Shown: in pieces, positions 39,701 to 52,700 of the stretch
Layout: every line of letters begins with the position of its first letter
Numbering within the stretch: position 1 is the first letter of the stretch
NCBI RefSeq assembly: GCF_009914755.1
Contig: NC_060937.1
Reading direction: 5' to 3' (one strand)
Source: the human T2T-CHM13v2.0 reference genome, Homo sapiens
DNA: 64,000 bases
Translations under genes and position numbers: made by a program
Notes under the pieces: generated by a model
Databases searched by the model: none
Told to the model about the DNA's origin: nothing
Seen by the model: the letters and a program-made list of their open reading frames with translations, nothing else

Positions 39701-40899
39701 GCAAGTCTCAACTCAGGCATGATGCCATGCCTGAAACCTCAAGTAAAGAGGGTCATGTCCAGCTCAGGTCCTTGCTGTGCTCATTGCATTCTTTTATTCT
39801 TATTTCTGTAACAATCTACAAAGTGTTATTATGAGTGATATTGTGCTCTACTCATGCTGGTATTCCTAATACCTGAGAAAGGTAGTTGGCACCTATTATT
39901 TCTTGAATATACAAATATTTGAGAATTATTTAACACATCTTATATTACAGCTGTTTTGAATTCGTCTTTATAATCAAACATCATCCAGGCAAATGCTTGA
40001 TAAGATAAGGGCAAATCTTATATTCAAAAGGATTGGAATCATTGACTGTTTTAAAATATTTATTATTTAACTTGCCTTCTTGTTTTTACAGCATTGCTTT
40101 GGTGAGTGAAAAGGAAATCATTTAAAATTATAATTAAAAGAAACTTCTGCCAAAAAAAAGAAGAAAACAACTTTACACAGTGTTAAAGGTTATAAACAAA
40201 TTCTATGTCTCAACCACTAAGTACTACGGCATTAGTCAGAGGAACAAAATAAAAATTATAACCTGCCCTATATAACACAGTGTACAGCTAAACTGATGAG
40301 AACATGCCTGTTTATGCTGTAGAGCAAATTTGTTAGCACTATAAAGTCAAGGCAGGGAATTTTAGAATTTAAAATAAAACGTTCCTAAATTTATAAGCTT
40401 ATTTGGTTTTATTTTATTTTAACATAACATTTTTAAGATACAGTAAAATGGCATCCAAACTATTTTAGCCAACTTTCTCAGCAGCATTCTCATAACCTTT
40501 AATTTCACATCAGTTTTACTATATAAGATTTGGGATTAATAAATATGAAACAATCTATAGACCAAGTGTTCTTCAGAGATGACTTTCATCCATCACTCCA
40601 TGGAAATATATCAGCCAGGGGACAATATTTGCATAAATAATTTTATAAGATTACTTTTATCTCAAGATTTCATTTGCATGAGTATTTTTTCTAAGAATAA
40701 TAATAATCCAAGAAATATATTTGGTATTTGTGTTATATCACTCTGTGTGAGACCTAGGAACAATAATAATAAAAGACCCCAAAGAGAGAAGATAGCAACA
40801 TTCATTGTGTTTCTCTTAGATCTTGAGACCAGTATGAGGCCCTATGGCAAGATATAAAAGATTACAAGGCATACAACTTATCTTTAAAAAGTCGGCATC

Positions 40900-41525
40900 C
40901 AGCAGTCTCACTGCTTGGTATACACACAAAATAAAGGAAATCAGTATGTCAGAGATGTCTGCACTCCCAATAGCCAAAATATGAAATCAACCTATGTCCA
41001 TCAATGGATAAATGGATAACTAAAATATGGTATTGACACACAATGAAATATCTACTTGGTTATAAATAAATGAAATCATCTTATTTACAGCAACATGGAT
41101 GCAACTGGAGGTGATTATGTTAAGTGAACTATTTTAAGAACACAAAGATAAAAATCTCATGTTCCCACTCATATGTGGAAGCTAAAAAAGTAGATCTCAT
41201 GGAGGAAGAGGATAGAGTGGTGGCTCCCAGAGGCTAGGAAGGGTCAGATGGAGGAGGATGAAGACAAATCGTTAATGGGTATGAAAATACCATTCGATAC
41301 AAGGAGTAAGTTCTAGTATTCAACAGCACAGTAGAGAGACAACAGTTTGCAATAATTTGTTGCTTATTTCAAAATAGCTAAAGGTTAAGAATTTGAATGT
41401 TCCCAACCCAAAAAAAGATAATTGAGGTGATGGATAAGTCCACTATCATTATTTAATAATTACACATTGTATGCATTTATCAAAATATCACTTGTGCCAC
41501 TATTATACATTCATTTAAAAAAATA
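40900..41525 (+). mobile_element. L1MA-type 3' end
   Basis: 'cagcaacatggatgcaactggagg...gtagatctcatggagg...atcaaaatatcacttgtgcc' plus A tail. Confidence 0.9.
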
Positions 41526-41824
41526 AACATGAGTCATAATTTTAGTTGGAAAAAACAAATAGAGATTTGGAGATAAAAATAATAGTAACATCAATAATAG
41601 CAACAATGGGCAAAAATGATGGCTTAGTTACCACCATAGGCAAGATATTACTATTGTAAGGCCTTGAATTGAATAGTCGGAGTCTCTAAGTCTCAATTTG
41701 ACAGGTTCCTGGATGGCAGATCTTGTATCAGGCCTCACAACCTGAACCGTGGCTGGGGGCCAACTCAGCAGGAGCAAGCGAGATCAAGAATCTAGGGGGA
41801 TTTATGAACCAGGTTTCAACACCA

Positions 41825-42160
41825 CATGGTACTTCTCAAGCGTTTCTGTATATTACAACCCCCTGGAAAACTTCAGCAAACCCCAAACCCAAATCTCATA
41901 CCACACCCATTAAATCCAGATATCTCAGGGATGAGATTTGGCATCGGTAGCTTCTATATATAGCTTTCCAGGTGACTGCAATGTGCAGTGAAGAATGACA
42001 AACCCAGTGCTGAGACCAGGTAAGGTCCTCAGACCAGCAGCATCAACTGGCCTGGGAGCACGTTGGAAAGGCAGCATCTCCCCGACCCACTGGATTAGAA
42101 TCTGTATCTTAATACAATCCCCAGGCAATTTTTATGCACAGTAAAAGCTGAGACGCTCTG
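41825..42160. mobile_element. Two adjacent MER5-family (hAT-Charlie) elements
   Basis: 'ctttccaggtgactgcaatgtgcag' and 'cagaccagcagcatcaactggcctgggagcacgttggaaaggcag...atccccaggcaatttttatgcacagtaaaagctgaga'. Confidence 0.75.
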
Positions 42161-44228
42161 CTTCCAACAACTATGAAAGGTAGGAGGAAGTAGTTGCCAT
42201 AATTCATGGAATTACATTTTCACTAAAAGTGAAGGCAGAGTTTCACTTATTTATTTCTCTATTATTCAGTTAACTGAGCTAAAATATTGGCTATGCCCAC
42301 ACAATAAGAATATATCTGAATTGAAGTCAGCATTTATCCATGCATCCAACAAACGTTTAAGTCAATGCCATGCATCTGGCACTATATAAGGCATTATAGA
42401 ATTTTGGTTTCCAATGAATAAAAAAATAGACATCATATGCCCAGCATATAAGATGTTAATCATTGCATACATTGCATGTTGCTGAGCTGAAATGGTCTAT
42501 TTTGTTTATTCACAACAATCAATTCTTGATATTTAGCTATGTCAACATATAGCTCCTGAAAATATCACTAGGATTCATCTTAGTCAAATTTCTATTTATC
42601 TATTTCAGAAATGTGTAGTTTTTGTGGAAGGACAGACACCAGCACATCACAGAGGGATACATACATAGGTAAAAAGATCACAAAGACCCACGTTAGATGA
42701 TAATGGGGAAAGGAAAGAGAGTTGAGCATACAGTCAGTGCCTAACACTTAACATAGCTATAGCACATTGTTTATCGTGAACAAATGCCTTAATCATTCTC
42801 CTTATGTTGTATGTGCTCATGCCAGAACCCCTTTTAACTTCACTTAAAGAGCTGGCTATTGTGTTCTGCTCTTAAATTGGCTGTTTCAGGAAAAGGAGCT
42901 GATGCAGAAGCATCGCATTGGAGTTTCTGCCTTGCCCTAATTTCCACATGGATGAGGGTCACAGCACATGCAGGCAGATGGCACATATCATGGAATAAGA
43001 CAGCATCCCACACAGCTGACTGTTGGCTGAAGAGCAGGCGTATGTCATCAGGTTTCGCAGTTCATTCTCCGTTAGGGGCACCCAGCCAAAGCACACTGGG
43101 AAATGCATTCACCCATCCAGACAGAGTCCGCCATGGGTTATGGTCTTCACTTAATTCCCAAGAAGATGTTTATGGCCTGGTGATGATTGTACTCAAGAAC
43201 ACAGTGATGTTATACTTAAGTTACAAACACAAATGCTTTTGCTAAAATGATTATTTCCATTGATGAGGTGGCTAACTGAATGAAATTAGAGATAAGAAAT
43301 AATAGACTTAAGGTATTAGTATAACCAAAGAAGAATGTGTCAGCGAGGAGGGCTAGCAACCATAGTTTAATAAACTCTTCCCATTCAAAACTGGAATATG
43401 ACACAGTTATTTATAATTATGGTTTCAAAGATGTGTAAGTTACAGGAAGGGCTTCCAAATAGAGATAAGAAAAACTCAGGACATAGAAATGTAAATACAG
43501 TATAATTTCCATATACAGTGTATTTGGTGGGGGGGGGGGGTGAAACGAAATGACAATTTAAAATATGAAATCGTTTTATTTGGATCAAAGGGAACAAATA
43601 AAGGGGGAGGATTATTAGAAAAATAAGCAATTTTATTTTCTTAATGGTTTTTTAGTTTTCGAGTCTTTACATGTTACTTTTTATGATGAGAAAAAATACA
43701 TTTTCAATTTTGAAAGTGGAGAAGGTTTGCTGAACCACAGAGGAAGTAGTACCATGCCTAATGCCAAAAATCATTTGACTCAAACTAAATCCCTTTGTGC
43801 ATCCCCTTCTGATAATTCACTTCCTGTGCAGCCTCAAGGGAGATCCAGGTGGGTCAGAGCTTGGTCTGCCCATCAGCTAGATTTTCCATTGAGAGAGAGA
43901 AGTTGAGAGTCAGGAGACTGAAACTCCTCCTGCCACTGAGTTTCAGATGATTTTTTTTTTTTTTTTTTGCCAAAATTTTTTATTTGAGCACATGCAAATT
44001 TCTGAAGAATTACAAATGTGTAATTTATTTACATGACTTATTTTTGACAGATATTTATTTTTAAGTAGAAAAATCACAAGTCTATATATGGATGAGGATA
44101 ATTTATAAACCTAATACCATAAAATTTACGTCTTCAGAAATACTCATCTCAAGAATATCTCTTTAAAAATACATGTAACATTTTAATACAGAATAAAATA
44201 CAGAACGCCAAGGTGAATTTTTAATGAT

Positions 44229-44302
44229 AGGTTTACACAGTTGTGTGATAGCTTCTGTTGACACAAGGTTTACACAGTTGTGTGATAGCTTCTGTTGACA
44301 CA
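44229..44302. repeat. Perfect 37-bp tandem duplication
   Basis: AGGTTTACACAGTTGTGTGATAGCTTCTGTTGACACA x2. Confidence 0.97.
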
Positions 44303-44319
44303 GGAAACACTACTACATA

Positions 44320-44520
44320 CTCAGAAACATACGTCTATTACTTCCCATTTTCACAATAGCAACCAGGTTTAATATTATTTCCCCTGTTTACAGACACGGA
44401 AACTCAGGTTAAAAAAAAAAAAAATCTATCCAGTGCTAAGTAGCCAATAAATGGCAAAGACTGAACTTGAACCCATATCTAATTAACTTTAAATCATGTG
44501 CATTTTCTACTCAACCACTC
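44320..44520 (-). mobile_element. MIR SINE
   Basis: 'tttacagacacggaaactcaggtt...ataaatggcaaagactgaacttgaaccca'. Confidence 0.75.
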
Positions 44521-44602
44521 TCCACTTGGCTACTTAATGCATTCTTCTAGTTAATTTTAGCATCACAGGACAGAAAAAAATACCTTTAAAAAAGACATTT
44601 AG

Positions 44603-44623
44603 AGTGTGTGTGTGTATACATAC

Positions 44624-44655
<32 letters not shown>

Positions 44656-44656
44656 G
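44603..44656. repeat. (TG)n(TACA)n(TA)n compound microsatellite
   Basis: Directly visible. Confidence 0.93.
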
Positions 44657-44769
44657 CTTTCACTTAAGTTGCAAATCATAGCATGCTCCAGTAGTATAAG
44701 GAAACTGTTCATAGGTCTAAAACATGGTCTTAAACATATTTTTAAGTGTTAATGTTTAAAGTAACTCTT

Positions 44770-45328
44770 TAACCGTACAGAAAGAAAAGTGAACACACCT
44801 CTGGAACCACCACCCAGATCAGTGATGATCCTTGCCTCATACTGCTGTACAGCAAAAATAATCACTGCCGTAGATGTGTTTTGGCTGTCTTTTGATCTTT
44901 ATACACACAGAATCATATATTTTATTTTCTACTGTGTCTATCTTCTTGCTATTTTGTGTATTAAGAGGTCATCCAATTGCTTTGCTTTATCTTATTGTAT
45001 AAATGTACTACAATTTATTTGGTATTGCCACCACTGATGAGCATTTAGAGTTTCCAGTTTTAGACTATTATAAATAATGCTGCTATAAATACATGTGAGC
45101 ATTTTCATTAATGTACCTAGGAGTCAAGTTGCTGAGTCTTAAGGATGTATATATTTGGCTTTAATAGGCACTGCCAAACTGTTCTTCAAAGTGATTGCTG
45201 ACAACACCACAAGCAGTTACAGTTGCTCCACATCCTCACCAACACTTAGTATTGTCCTTTTCATTTTAACCAATCTGAAGGATATAGAAGTATCAAAGTG
45301 TTTTTCAGTGTGCATGTTTTTGATGACC
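44770..45328 (-). mobile_element. Old L1 (L1ME-like) 3' region
   Basis: 'ctgatgagcatttagagtttccagttttagactattataaataatgctgctataaa...gttgctccacatcctcaccaacactt'. Confidence 0.8.
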
Positions 45329-45393
45329 CTGGTAGCCAGAATAATGTCCCCACCTTCAAAGATGTTCACCTTTTCATCCCCAGAATCTGTGAA
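45329..45393 (+). mobile_element. MLT1 LTR 5' fragment
   Basis: 'tggtagccagaataatgtccccacc...aaagatgttcac...atccccagaatctgtgaa'. Confidence 0.6.
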
Positions 45394-48019
45394 GATTTTA
45401 TCCAATTTGGTACTAATTGCCAAATGGAATGCTGTTACTATTTATATGTTTTACTGATTTTAATCAGTTTAACTCACCCAATTGTTTTGGGTTTAGGTAT
45501 GCTATATTAGTATTTACAACCTGTTTATCCTATCCACTTAATACAATTTTTATCTCTTTTCTTGTCCTGTTTTGACAACAGAGAGCCTGGGTAGTTTTCT
45601 ACAAATTCTCCTCTGCAAGTTATGAACTCAAATTTCTCTGTCTCTACCACCATGCAAATACTGGGAGACAAAAAAAAAAAAAAAAAAAAAAAAATCCCTG
45701 TTTTACTCTCCAGCTGTTCTGTGCCTGGTTTCTTAGACTTCTGCCCTGAGCAGCTTAATCAGCAAATAACTGAAGGCAAAACCGGCACCATGTATTGACT
45801 TTATTTCCTTGTGCTTTTCTCCTCTCTGGGATTTTAATTTCTCATTCCCGAGTATCATAGCAAAATTCAATTCCAGGTTTTTGCTCCCAAACTCCAAGAG
45901 GTTGCAGTAAGTTCAGATGCTCGTTCTGACTCTTGGTAGCCACTCTCAACCTGAGTTCTGGGAGTTCTTGGTTTCTTACCCTGCATCAGCAATCAGCAAA
46001 TCACACTATGGGGAAAACAGGATGCAGCAAACTTGCCTCACAAAAACGGGCTTCCCTGCTCTTGGTAACAGCCCTTCTAGCACTGACCAGTCAGCACTGA
46101 GAGTTTTACACATCTTTTAAAATTGCATCTAACGTTTCTAGATGTTCTCAGTGGGAACGCTGGTCAACAAGCTATTCCTTTATAACTAAAATAGTAATTT
46201 TACCTTTCAGATGAAGAACATTAACACTTCCTATCCTGTACTCTTTCACATACACTCCCTGGAAAACTGCCAACTTCTTAAAAAAAAAAAAAAGCAACAA
46301 AATGGTGTAGACAGGTAAAAACCTTTCACATTCACATCCTAACATAATAACAGTAGTATCTTCCAAATGATGCAGTGAAATAAAATGTCATCTGATGGGA
46401 TTTTCGTCTTTTCTAAAATTGAGAAGCCACTGCCTTAAAATAAACTGCCTGAAGAGATGCTGATCCCTTCTTTTCTATTGTTTTTCCTTCTTATCCTATA
46501 TTCTCACAGGTAAAACGACCAGTGACTCAACGCATTGTTGATTAGAGGACCTAGATTATTTCCTTATTCTTAATTACTGAGTAAAATATTTTCACATGAA
46601 TTTTTTCTCTATTAATGTAATCTGTATAATAATGTGTTTGATTTCTAATATAAAATAAGTAACACTCTACATCAATCAATTTGATGAGACTCCTGAATTT
46701 AGCTGTATTTAATCATGGCATAGGTATAATATAAATCTTTTTACATTGACAGCTATCTTTAAGAGCTTGTCAGTAAAATTTATGAGGTTAATTTATGAAT
46801 ATATGAATTCATTAGTTTAAATCAGAGTGTTCTCATTAGGAAAGAAATTCATATGGTGATTCTTTTTTATTTTCTAAAGGACAATGATTTGTATTTACAT
46901 AATATTTTAGTAAAGACTTGACATCACATCAAAAATTAAAATGCACTCACCTGTTGACCAAGCAAGTCTACTAATATGAATTTACAGATATTACCACTCA
47001 TTGGGTAAAGACTTACATACTAGAATGCTTATTGTAGCTTTATTTATAAATCAAAAGTTTGGAAATATCCTAAAGAGACTGGTTAAATACATGATATTAT
47101 ATGTAATCAGTGAATCACTGTGCAGATTGAGGTAATTTATATATAATAATATGAGCAATCACCAAAATGTTGGTAAAGAAAACAAAACGAAAATGGAATT
47201 AAATGCAAAGGAAGCATAAGATGAGGATGTTCCCTGGAAAAATACAAGAACATGAATAAATCCTGTCTCTTCCCTCACTCTATGCCCTCAGTAAAGAGTT
47301 AGTTTTCAAAATTTTGTCCTTTTTTACCATACAGACAAGATGCATTTTCACTAAAAATATTCTACTAAATCAAAAAAGAACCTCATCATGTTGACACTTG
47401 CAGCTCCAGTTCATTCCTTTTAAATTCTTGCATGGTGTACTATGTTTTATCGAAAAAAAAAAAAAACTTAAACCTTCCCCTACTGATGGACATATAGATT
47501 GTTTCTACAAAGGCAGAATTGCAAACATAACAATCCCATGAAACCTTAATAACATAAGATGCTGCTTAAAATTAATAAACTTTTGTATTAAAAAAGGTAT
47601 GTACTTTAGAATTAGTAATGTCCTCCGGTGACAACTTGTATGGCCTGAACAAGTTACTAATATCTGAGTTCAATTTGTCATAAATAAATAGAGGAGAAAA
47701 ATGTAAAAAGGAATTACTTTAAATATAATTAAGGAATATTTATATTATGGGTGTATAGTAAACATTACATAATGCAAACAACTGAGTTAAATATTACATT
47801 TTCCAAATTTTAAGCCATTGAGCTTCTTCACATATTTGAAATGGGGGAATATATGTTATTTCAAAACTGATCTACCTAGGCATTTATTTTTTAAAACTGA
47901 GCTTAACAAATTTTAAAAAGCTACCCTAATTTTTACCTGAAGATTATAGAAAAGAGTAATTTGTTTCAAAATTATGTGTATTACAAAAAGCTACAAATGA
48001 TAAAAACAAGTAGTATTGT

Positions 48020-49143
48020 TTTTTAATCAATGAGTTACATTTTACAGATTTCAGTATACAGAAAAATTGGGCAGAGTATACAGACAGTCCCATATGTCAC
48101 CCCCCATACACATCTCCCTTGTTGTCATCTCACTACATTTGTTACAACCGATGAATCAATATTGACAGATTATGATTAACTGAATTCCCTCATTCACATT
48201 AGGGTTCACTCTTTGCATTGTGCAGTTCTATGGGTTTTGACAAATGCCCATCGTCATGGGTCCACCATTACAGTATCATACAGAATAATTTCACTGTCAT
48301 AAACATCCTTTGTGCTCCACCTGTCAATCCCTCTTCTCCCTCCAAATCCACGATAACCACTGATTTGTTTACTCTCTATACTGCTGCCTTTTCCAGAAAG
48401 TCAGGTAGTTGTAATCATGCAGTACATAGCCATTTCAGATTGGCTTCTTTCACTTAGCCATATGCATTTAATGTTTATCTGTGTCTTTTCGCAGCTTGAT
48501 AACTCATTTCTTTTGAGCCCTAAATAATATTCCATTGTATAGATATACAAAAGTTTGTTTATTCATTCACCTATTGTAGGACATCTTGGTTGCTTCCAAG
48601 TTTTAGCAAATATAAATAAGCCTGCTATAACACCCACATGCAGGTTTTTGTGTGAGTATAAATTTTTAATTTATTTGAGAACATACCAAGAAGACTGATT
48701 GCTAGTTAATATGGTAAAAATGTTTAGTTGTGTATGAAACTCTCAAATCATATTTCAAAATAGCTGAACCATTTTGCATTCTCCCTAGCAGTGAATAAGA
48801 GTCCCTGTTTATTCACATCCTTGCCAGCATTTGCTGTTGTCATTGTTTCCAATCTTAGGCATACTAATAGGTGTGTGGTGGTATCTCATTATCGTTTTAA
48901 TTTATGTTTCCCTACAACATGCAATGTTGAGTATCTTTTCATCTGCTTATTTGTCATCTTAATATTTTCTTTGGTGAGGAGTCTTTTCAGACCTTTTGCC
49001 CATTTTTAAATTTGTACTGTTTGTCTTTGTTGTTGAGTTTTAAGAGCTCTTTTTACATTTTGGATAAAAGTCCCTTATCAGACATATGTTTTGTAAATAT
49101 TTCCCCCAACCTATGTTTTATTTCTTCATTCTCTTAACAGCAC
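48020..49143 (-). mobile_element. L1MC/L1MD-type 3' region
   Basis: 'acattagggttcactctttgcattgtgcagttctatgggttttgacaaatg...ggacatcttggttgcttccaagttttagc'. Confidence 0.9.
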
Positions 49144-50261
49144 AGTTTTTAAATGTTAAATAAATAGTATACCACCAGTTATACTATTAACTAACTTTGT
49201 TACTTTCCTTTTCATCCCACCATGTGGGAACTGTCAATCTTCACTGTTTATGCAGATATGCAGATTCTCATACACAGATTTTTACATCTTGAGTCATACC
49301 TCTGTAGATTAAAACATCAAGAAGCATATGAATATGGAATTCAGCAAGAGCTGTATTCTGTTTGGTTTTCAATGCTATGTGATAAAATTTATATAATCTT
49401 TTTTTAAGATGTACTGGCTATGCAGTTGTGTTTTCTCCAGTTATATTTTATTTTGTTTAAAATGATTGAATCAGATATTTTCTTTGCCACACATGTACAA
49501 TTAAGTCCTGGGTTGTAGAGTTAATTATTTCATATAAATTACCTTTCATGAGAGGCATATTTAGTGAATGCTACATATACTTACCTTTATTCAATCCTCT
49601 TTATGTGCAAATAAAGGTTTTCAAGTAAGTGGTAAGTTGAACAGTCACAGAAAATAAAAACAGTGTATCCTGGAAAATTATTTTTTAAATGTCATGGCCA
49701 CCTTGAATGATAATTAAAAGGAAAGCTACAATATAACTGAGATAGTACAGGGTATTCAACTTTGTATATAAGAGACTTTCTGTCTTTTAGGAAACTATAT
49801 TTTGTGGTGTGCTGTGTCCTGCAGTCTATACCAAAAAAGGTGACCCTAACTAAGCATCGTGATTCAAATACAGGTTAGGCCCTGGCCCCTACCCGTCAGC
49901 TTGCCATCCAAAATGATAATGCTACATGGACTGTTATCAATACTTGTAAGTTACTTTGGCCAATAAATTATAGAACTTAAAGAACTACAGATTTTAAAAA
50001 ATACTTGAAAAGGCACTCTGGATTTTAAGCAGATTAAATTTGCCCTGCTGATTCTCCCATTTTCAAAATGAGTATTTTAAAAGTTGCCTGTTAAGTCAAA
50101 GATCGGAGTTTTTGTCCCTGGTGACATATCCTACACTGTCATTAATGATATAGCTTCGATTTATCTGATAAGGTAAAGTCATTACAGATGCCCCCCAAGT
50201 CGATAGTGCCTGTCTAGGAAGGTCACCTGACAGAACCAGGGTACCCCTGGCCACCCGGACC

Positions 50262-50280
50262 TGGCCTGAAGGGGGCGAGC
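50262..50280 (+). promoter_or_regulatory. CTCF-like motif (weaker)
   Basis: TGGCCTGAAGGGGGCGAGC versus consensus TGGCCACCAGGGGGCGCTA. Confidence 0.4.
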
Positions 50281-50287
50281 GATGAGG

Positions 50288-50306
50288 CTGCGCCACCTAG
50301 TGGCTG
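50288..50306 (-). promoter_or_regulatory. CTCF binding motif (near consensus)
   Basis: Reverse complement CAGCCACTAGGTGGCGCAG fits CCASYAGRKGGCRS exactly; lies in a local CpG-retaining patch. Confidence 0.8.
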
Positions 50307-50380
50307 CGACTTCGAGTCTCCTCTAGCAAAATCAGATGTTCTTGGCCAACGTTGCCATTTGAACGGTAATCTCTGCAACC

Positions 50381-50736
50381 ATTAAAAAAAAAAAAAAGGA
50401 ACAAATTAACAGCATTTGCAGTGACCTGGATGAGACTGGAGACTATTATTCTAAGTGAAGTAACTCGGGAAGGGAAAACCAAACATCGTATGTTCTCACT
50501 GATAGGTGGGAGCTAAGTTAGGAGGACACAAAGGCATAAGAATGATACAATGGGCTTTGGTGACTTGGGGAGAAGAAGAGAGGGGAAAGGGAAAAAAACT
50601 GCAAATATGGTGTGGTGTATACTGCCCGGGTGATGGGTACACCAAAATCTCACAAATTACTACTGAAGAACTTACTCGTGTAACCAAATGCTACCTGTAC
50701 CCCAATAACTTATGAAAAAATAAAAATAAAAAATAA
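50381..50736 (+). mobile_element. L1PB/L1MA1-type 3' end
   Basis: 'gatgggtacaccaaaatctcacaaattactactgaagaacttactcgtgtaaccaaa' plus A tail. Confidence 0.9.
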
Positions 50737-51082
50737 AGAAAGAGATCATGTCTTTTGCCAGAATATGAATGGAGCTGGAGACTATTTCATCCTTAGCAAA
50801 CTAACACAGGAACAGAAAACCAAATATATCATGCCTCACTTGTAAGTGGGGGCTAAATGATAACAGCTTATGAACACAGAGAAGGAAATAAGAGACACTG
50901 GCGTCTACTTGATGGGGGAGGGTGGGAGGAGGGAGAGGAGCAGAAAAGATAACTACTAGATACTGGGCTTAGTACCTGGGTGATAAAATAATCTGTACAA
51001 CAAACCCCTGTGACATGTGTTTACCTATGTAACAAACCTGCACATGTACCCTCAAACCTTAAACAAAGGTTAAAAAAATAAA
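50737..51082 (+). mobile_element. Older L1PA (L1PA15/16-like) 3' end
   Basis: 'gggaggagggagaggagcagaaaagataacta...tttacctatgtaacaaacctgcacatgtaccc' plus A tail. Confidence 0.9.
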
Positions 51083-52059
51083 GAATTATAAATTCATTGC
51101 TTTATTTGATTTGTTTAATGATGAGATAAAAGGAAAATGAGTTACTGTGCCTGCTTCATATGTGGAGAGAGAGTAAGACCTTGCTGAGAGCCACATGGTA
51201 CATAACCTCTGGCCTTTGACATTTAGTCCCGGGCTGTTTCTGTTCTGTATTCTTTACTTGCACGGAGCAATAGTCAGGAAGCAATGACCATAGGTCATGC
51301 CAGGGATGCTTTAAAACTCTGTGCTTTTCTAATTACACAACGTCGAAATGTCAGGCCACAAAACTCAATTTTTTGTTACCTTATTTGAATAAATATCTGA
51401 GATTTTCATCAGTATTTTGATGTCCTAGAGACTCGAGTTGCCTCTTTTTGTGAGGGTTGGGAGTTCTCTGAAATAAGCAAAACTATGTTTGAAAGTATTA
51501 AGATCATAATGCTGTTGCAATAATGAAAACCTCTACTGATACATGTATTAAATGAATATTTTAAAACTAGCCTGTTCCACAGGATGGAGTATTAATTAGT
51601 TTTGAAATGGAGCAGACATTTCAGCTTACTTAACTCTTCTCAGCAAATAAAACTGATGTCCCACCCACACCTTCACCTTCCAGGACTTCCCGCTGTCTCT
51701 GAACTCAGCTTGTTATGTGAGGTTCCTAAGGAACCATTCCACAAAACTGTTTGCAATATACACTTGAGGATTACTACAGTTCAAGTATTGAGATCTAGTC
51801 TAATTAAAATAAGACATCAGAATAGAGGGAAGGATGGAAAGAAGTAAGGAGGCATCTTACTCTCTGATGTTCAGTTCTTCAACCAGGACTCTAGAGACTG
51901 CTCTTTGCGAATATATCAAAGCTAATTTTAAACTTGAAAGTTTTCCATTTTAATGAATGTGAGATCATAAACTAGAAGACTTAAAAAATCTTTATAGATA
52001 TAAACATGTTTAACTCTATAAATAACTTTATTATGCTTTGCTGAAGAAAATACTTATGA

Positions 52060-52240
52060 TGCAGAACTGACTTCAATTTCTAGCTTTAGCACTAAAAAAA
52101 GACGGAGTACTCTTCTGTTACTTGGACTGGGACTTTGGACAATTCACTTAAGCTTTTGGTCCACAGTTTAATCAATGCAATGGGGAGATTGGATTACCTA
52201 AGGATTTAACTCTGTCCCATTTAAATTTCTGTGATTCTGA
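52060..52240 (+). mobile_element. MIR SINE (degraded)
   Basis: 'gactttggacaattcacttaagcttttggtccacagttt...aatggggagattggattac'. Confidence 0.55.
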
Positions 52241-52429
52241 GTTGTGTGCAATTACACTGCTCTATTTGTCATTCTGGCCTTTGTTATTAAGATTGTTTAA
52301 AAGGTCATTATGTGCTTAATGACTTTTAACATATTTAAATGTTATTATTAGAGAAATAGTTATGGTTCTTCAAAGTTGAAGATAACTAAATATAATATTG
52401 TTTTAAATTTTAAGCTTTCTTTAACATAT

Positions 52430-52700
52430 ACACAATACATAGCCAAAGTCCCTTCTCCTATGAAATTCAACATATTTACAACTTTTGGAAATTCATGATT
52501 GGACATCTTTGAGTGGCATTATTTTGCACACAGAAGTCAGCCTCCCTAGCCCCAAAGGATGGTGCCCATCCCACATGTAAAATGAATCCAATCCCATCCT
52601 AATATCCCCCAAATCTCAAACCATTACAGCATGAACTCAAAATCCTAAGACTCGTCAGCTCAGAACTCCCAAATTTCATCATCTAACTCATTAGGCATTG
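52430..52700 (-). mobile_element. MLT1 LTR/internal junction fragment
   Basis: 'ggacatctttgagtggcattattttgcacacaga...cccacatgtaaaatgaatccaatccc...aaccattacagcatgaactcaaaatcc'. Confidence 0.6.

Noticed and set aside
31244-44302. Direct repeats as a CRISPR-like array
   Set aside because: Each has only two copies, they are unrelated to one another, there is no spacer series, and the context is mammalian
45670-45693. A24 run as a retro-insertion tail (also T run at ~43950 and G12 at ~43529)
   Set aside because: No TSD or poly(A) signal; treated as simple homopolymers
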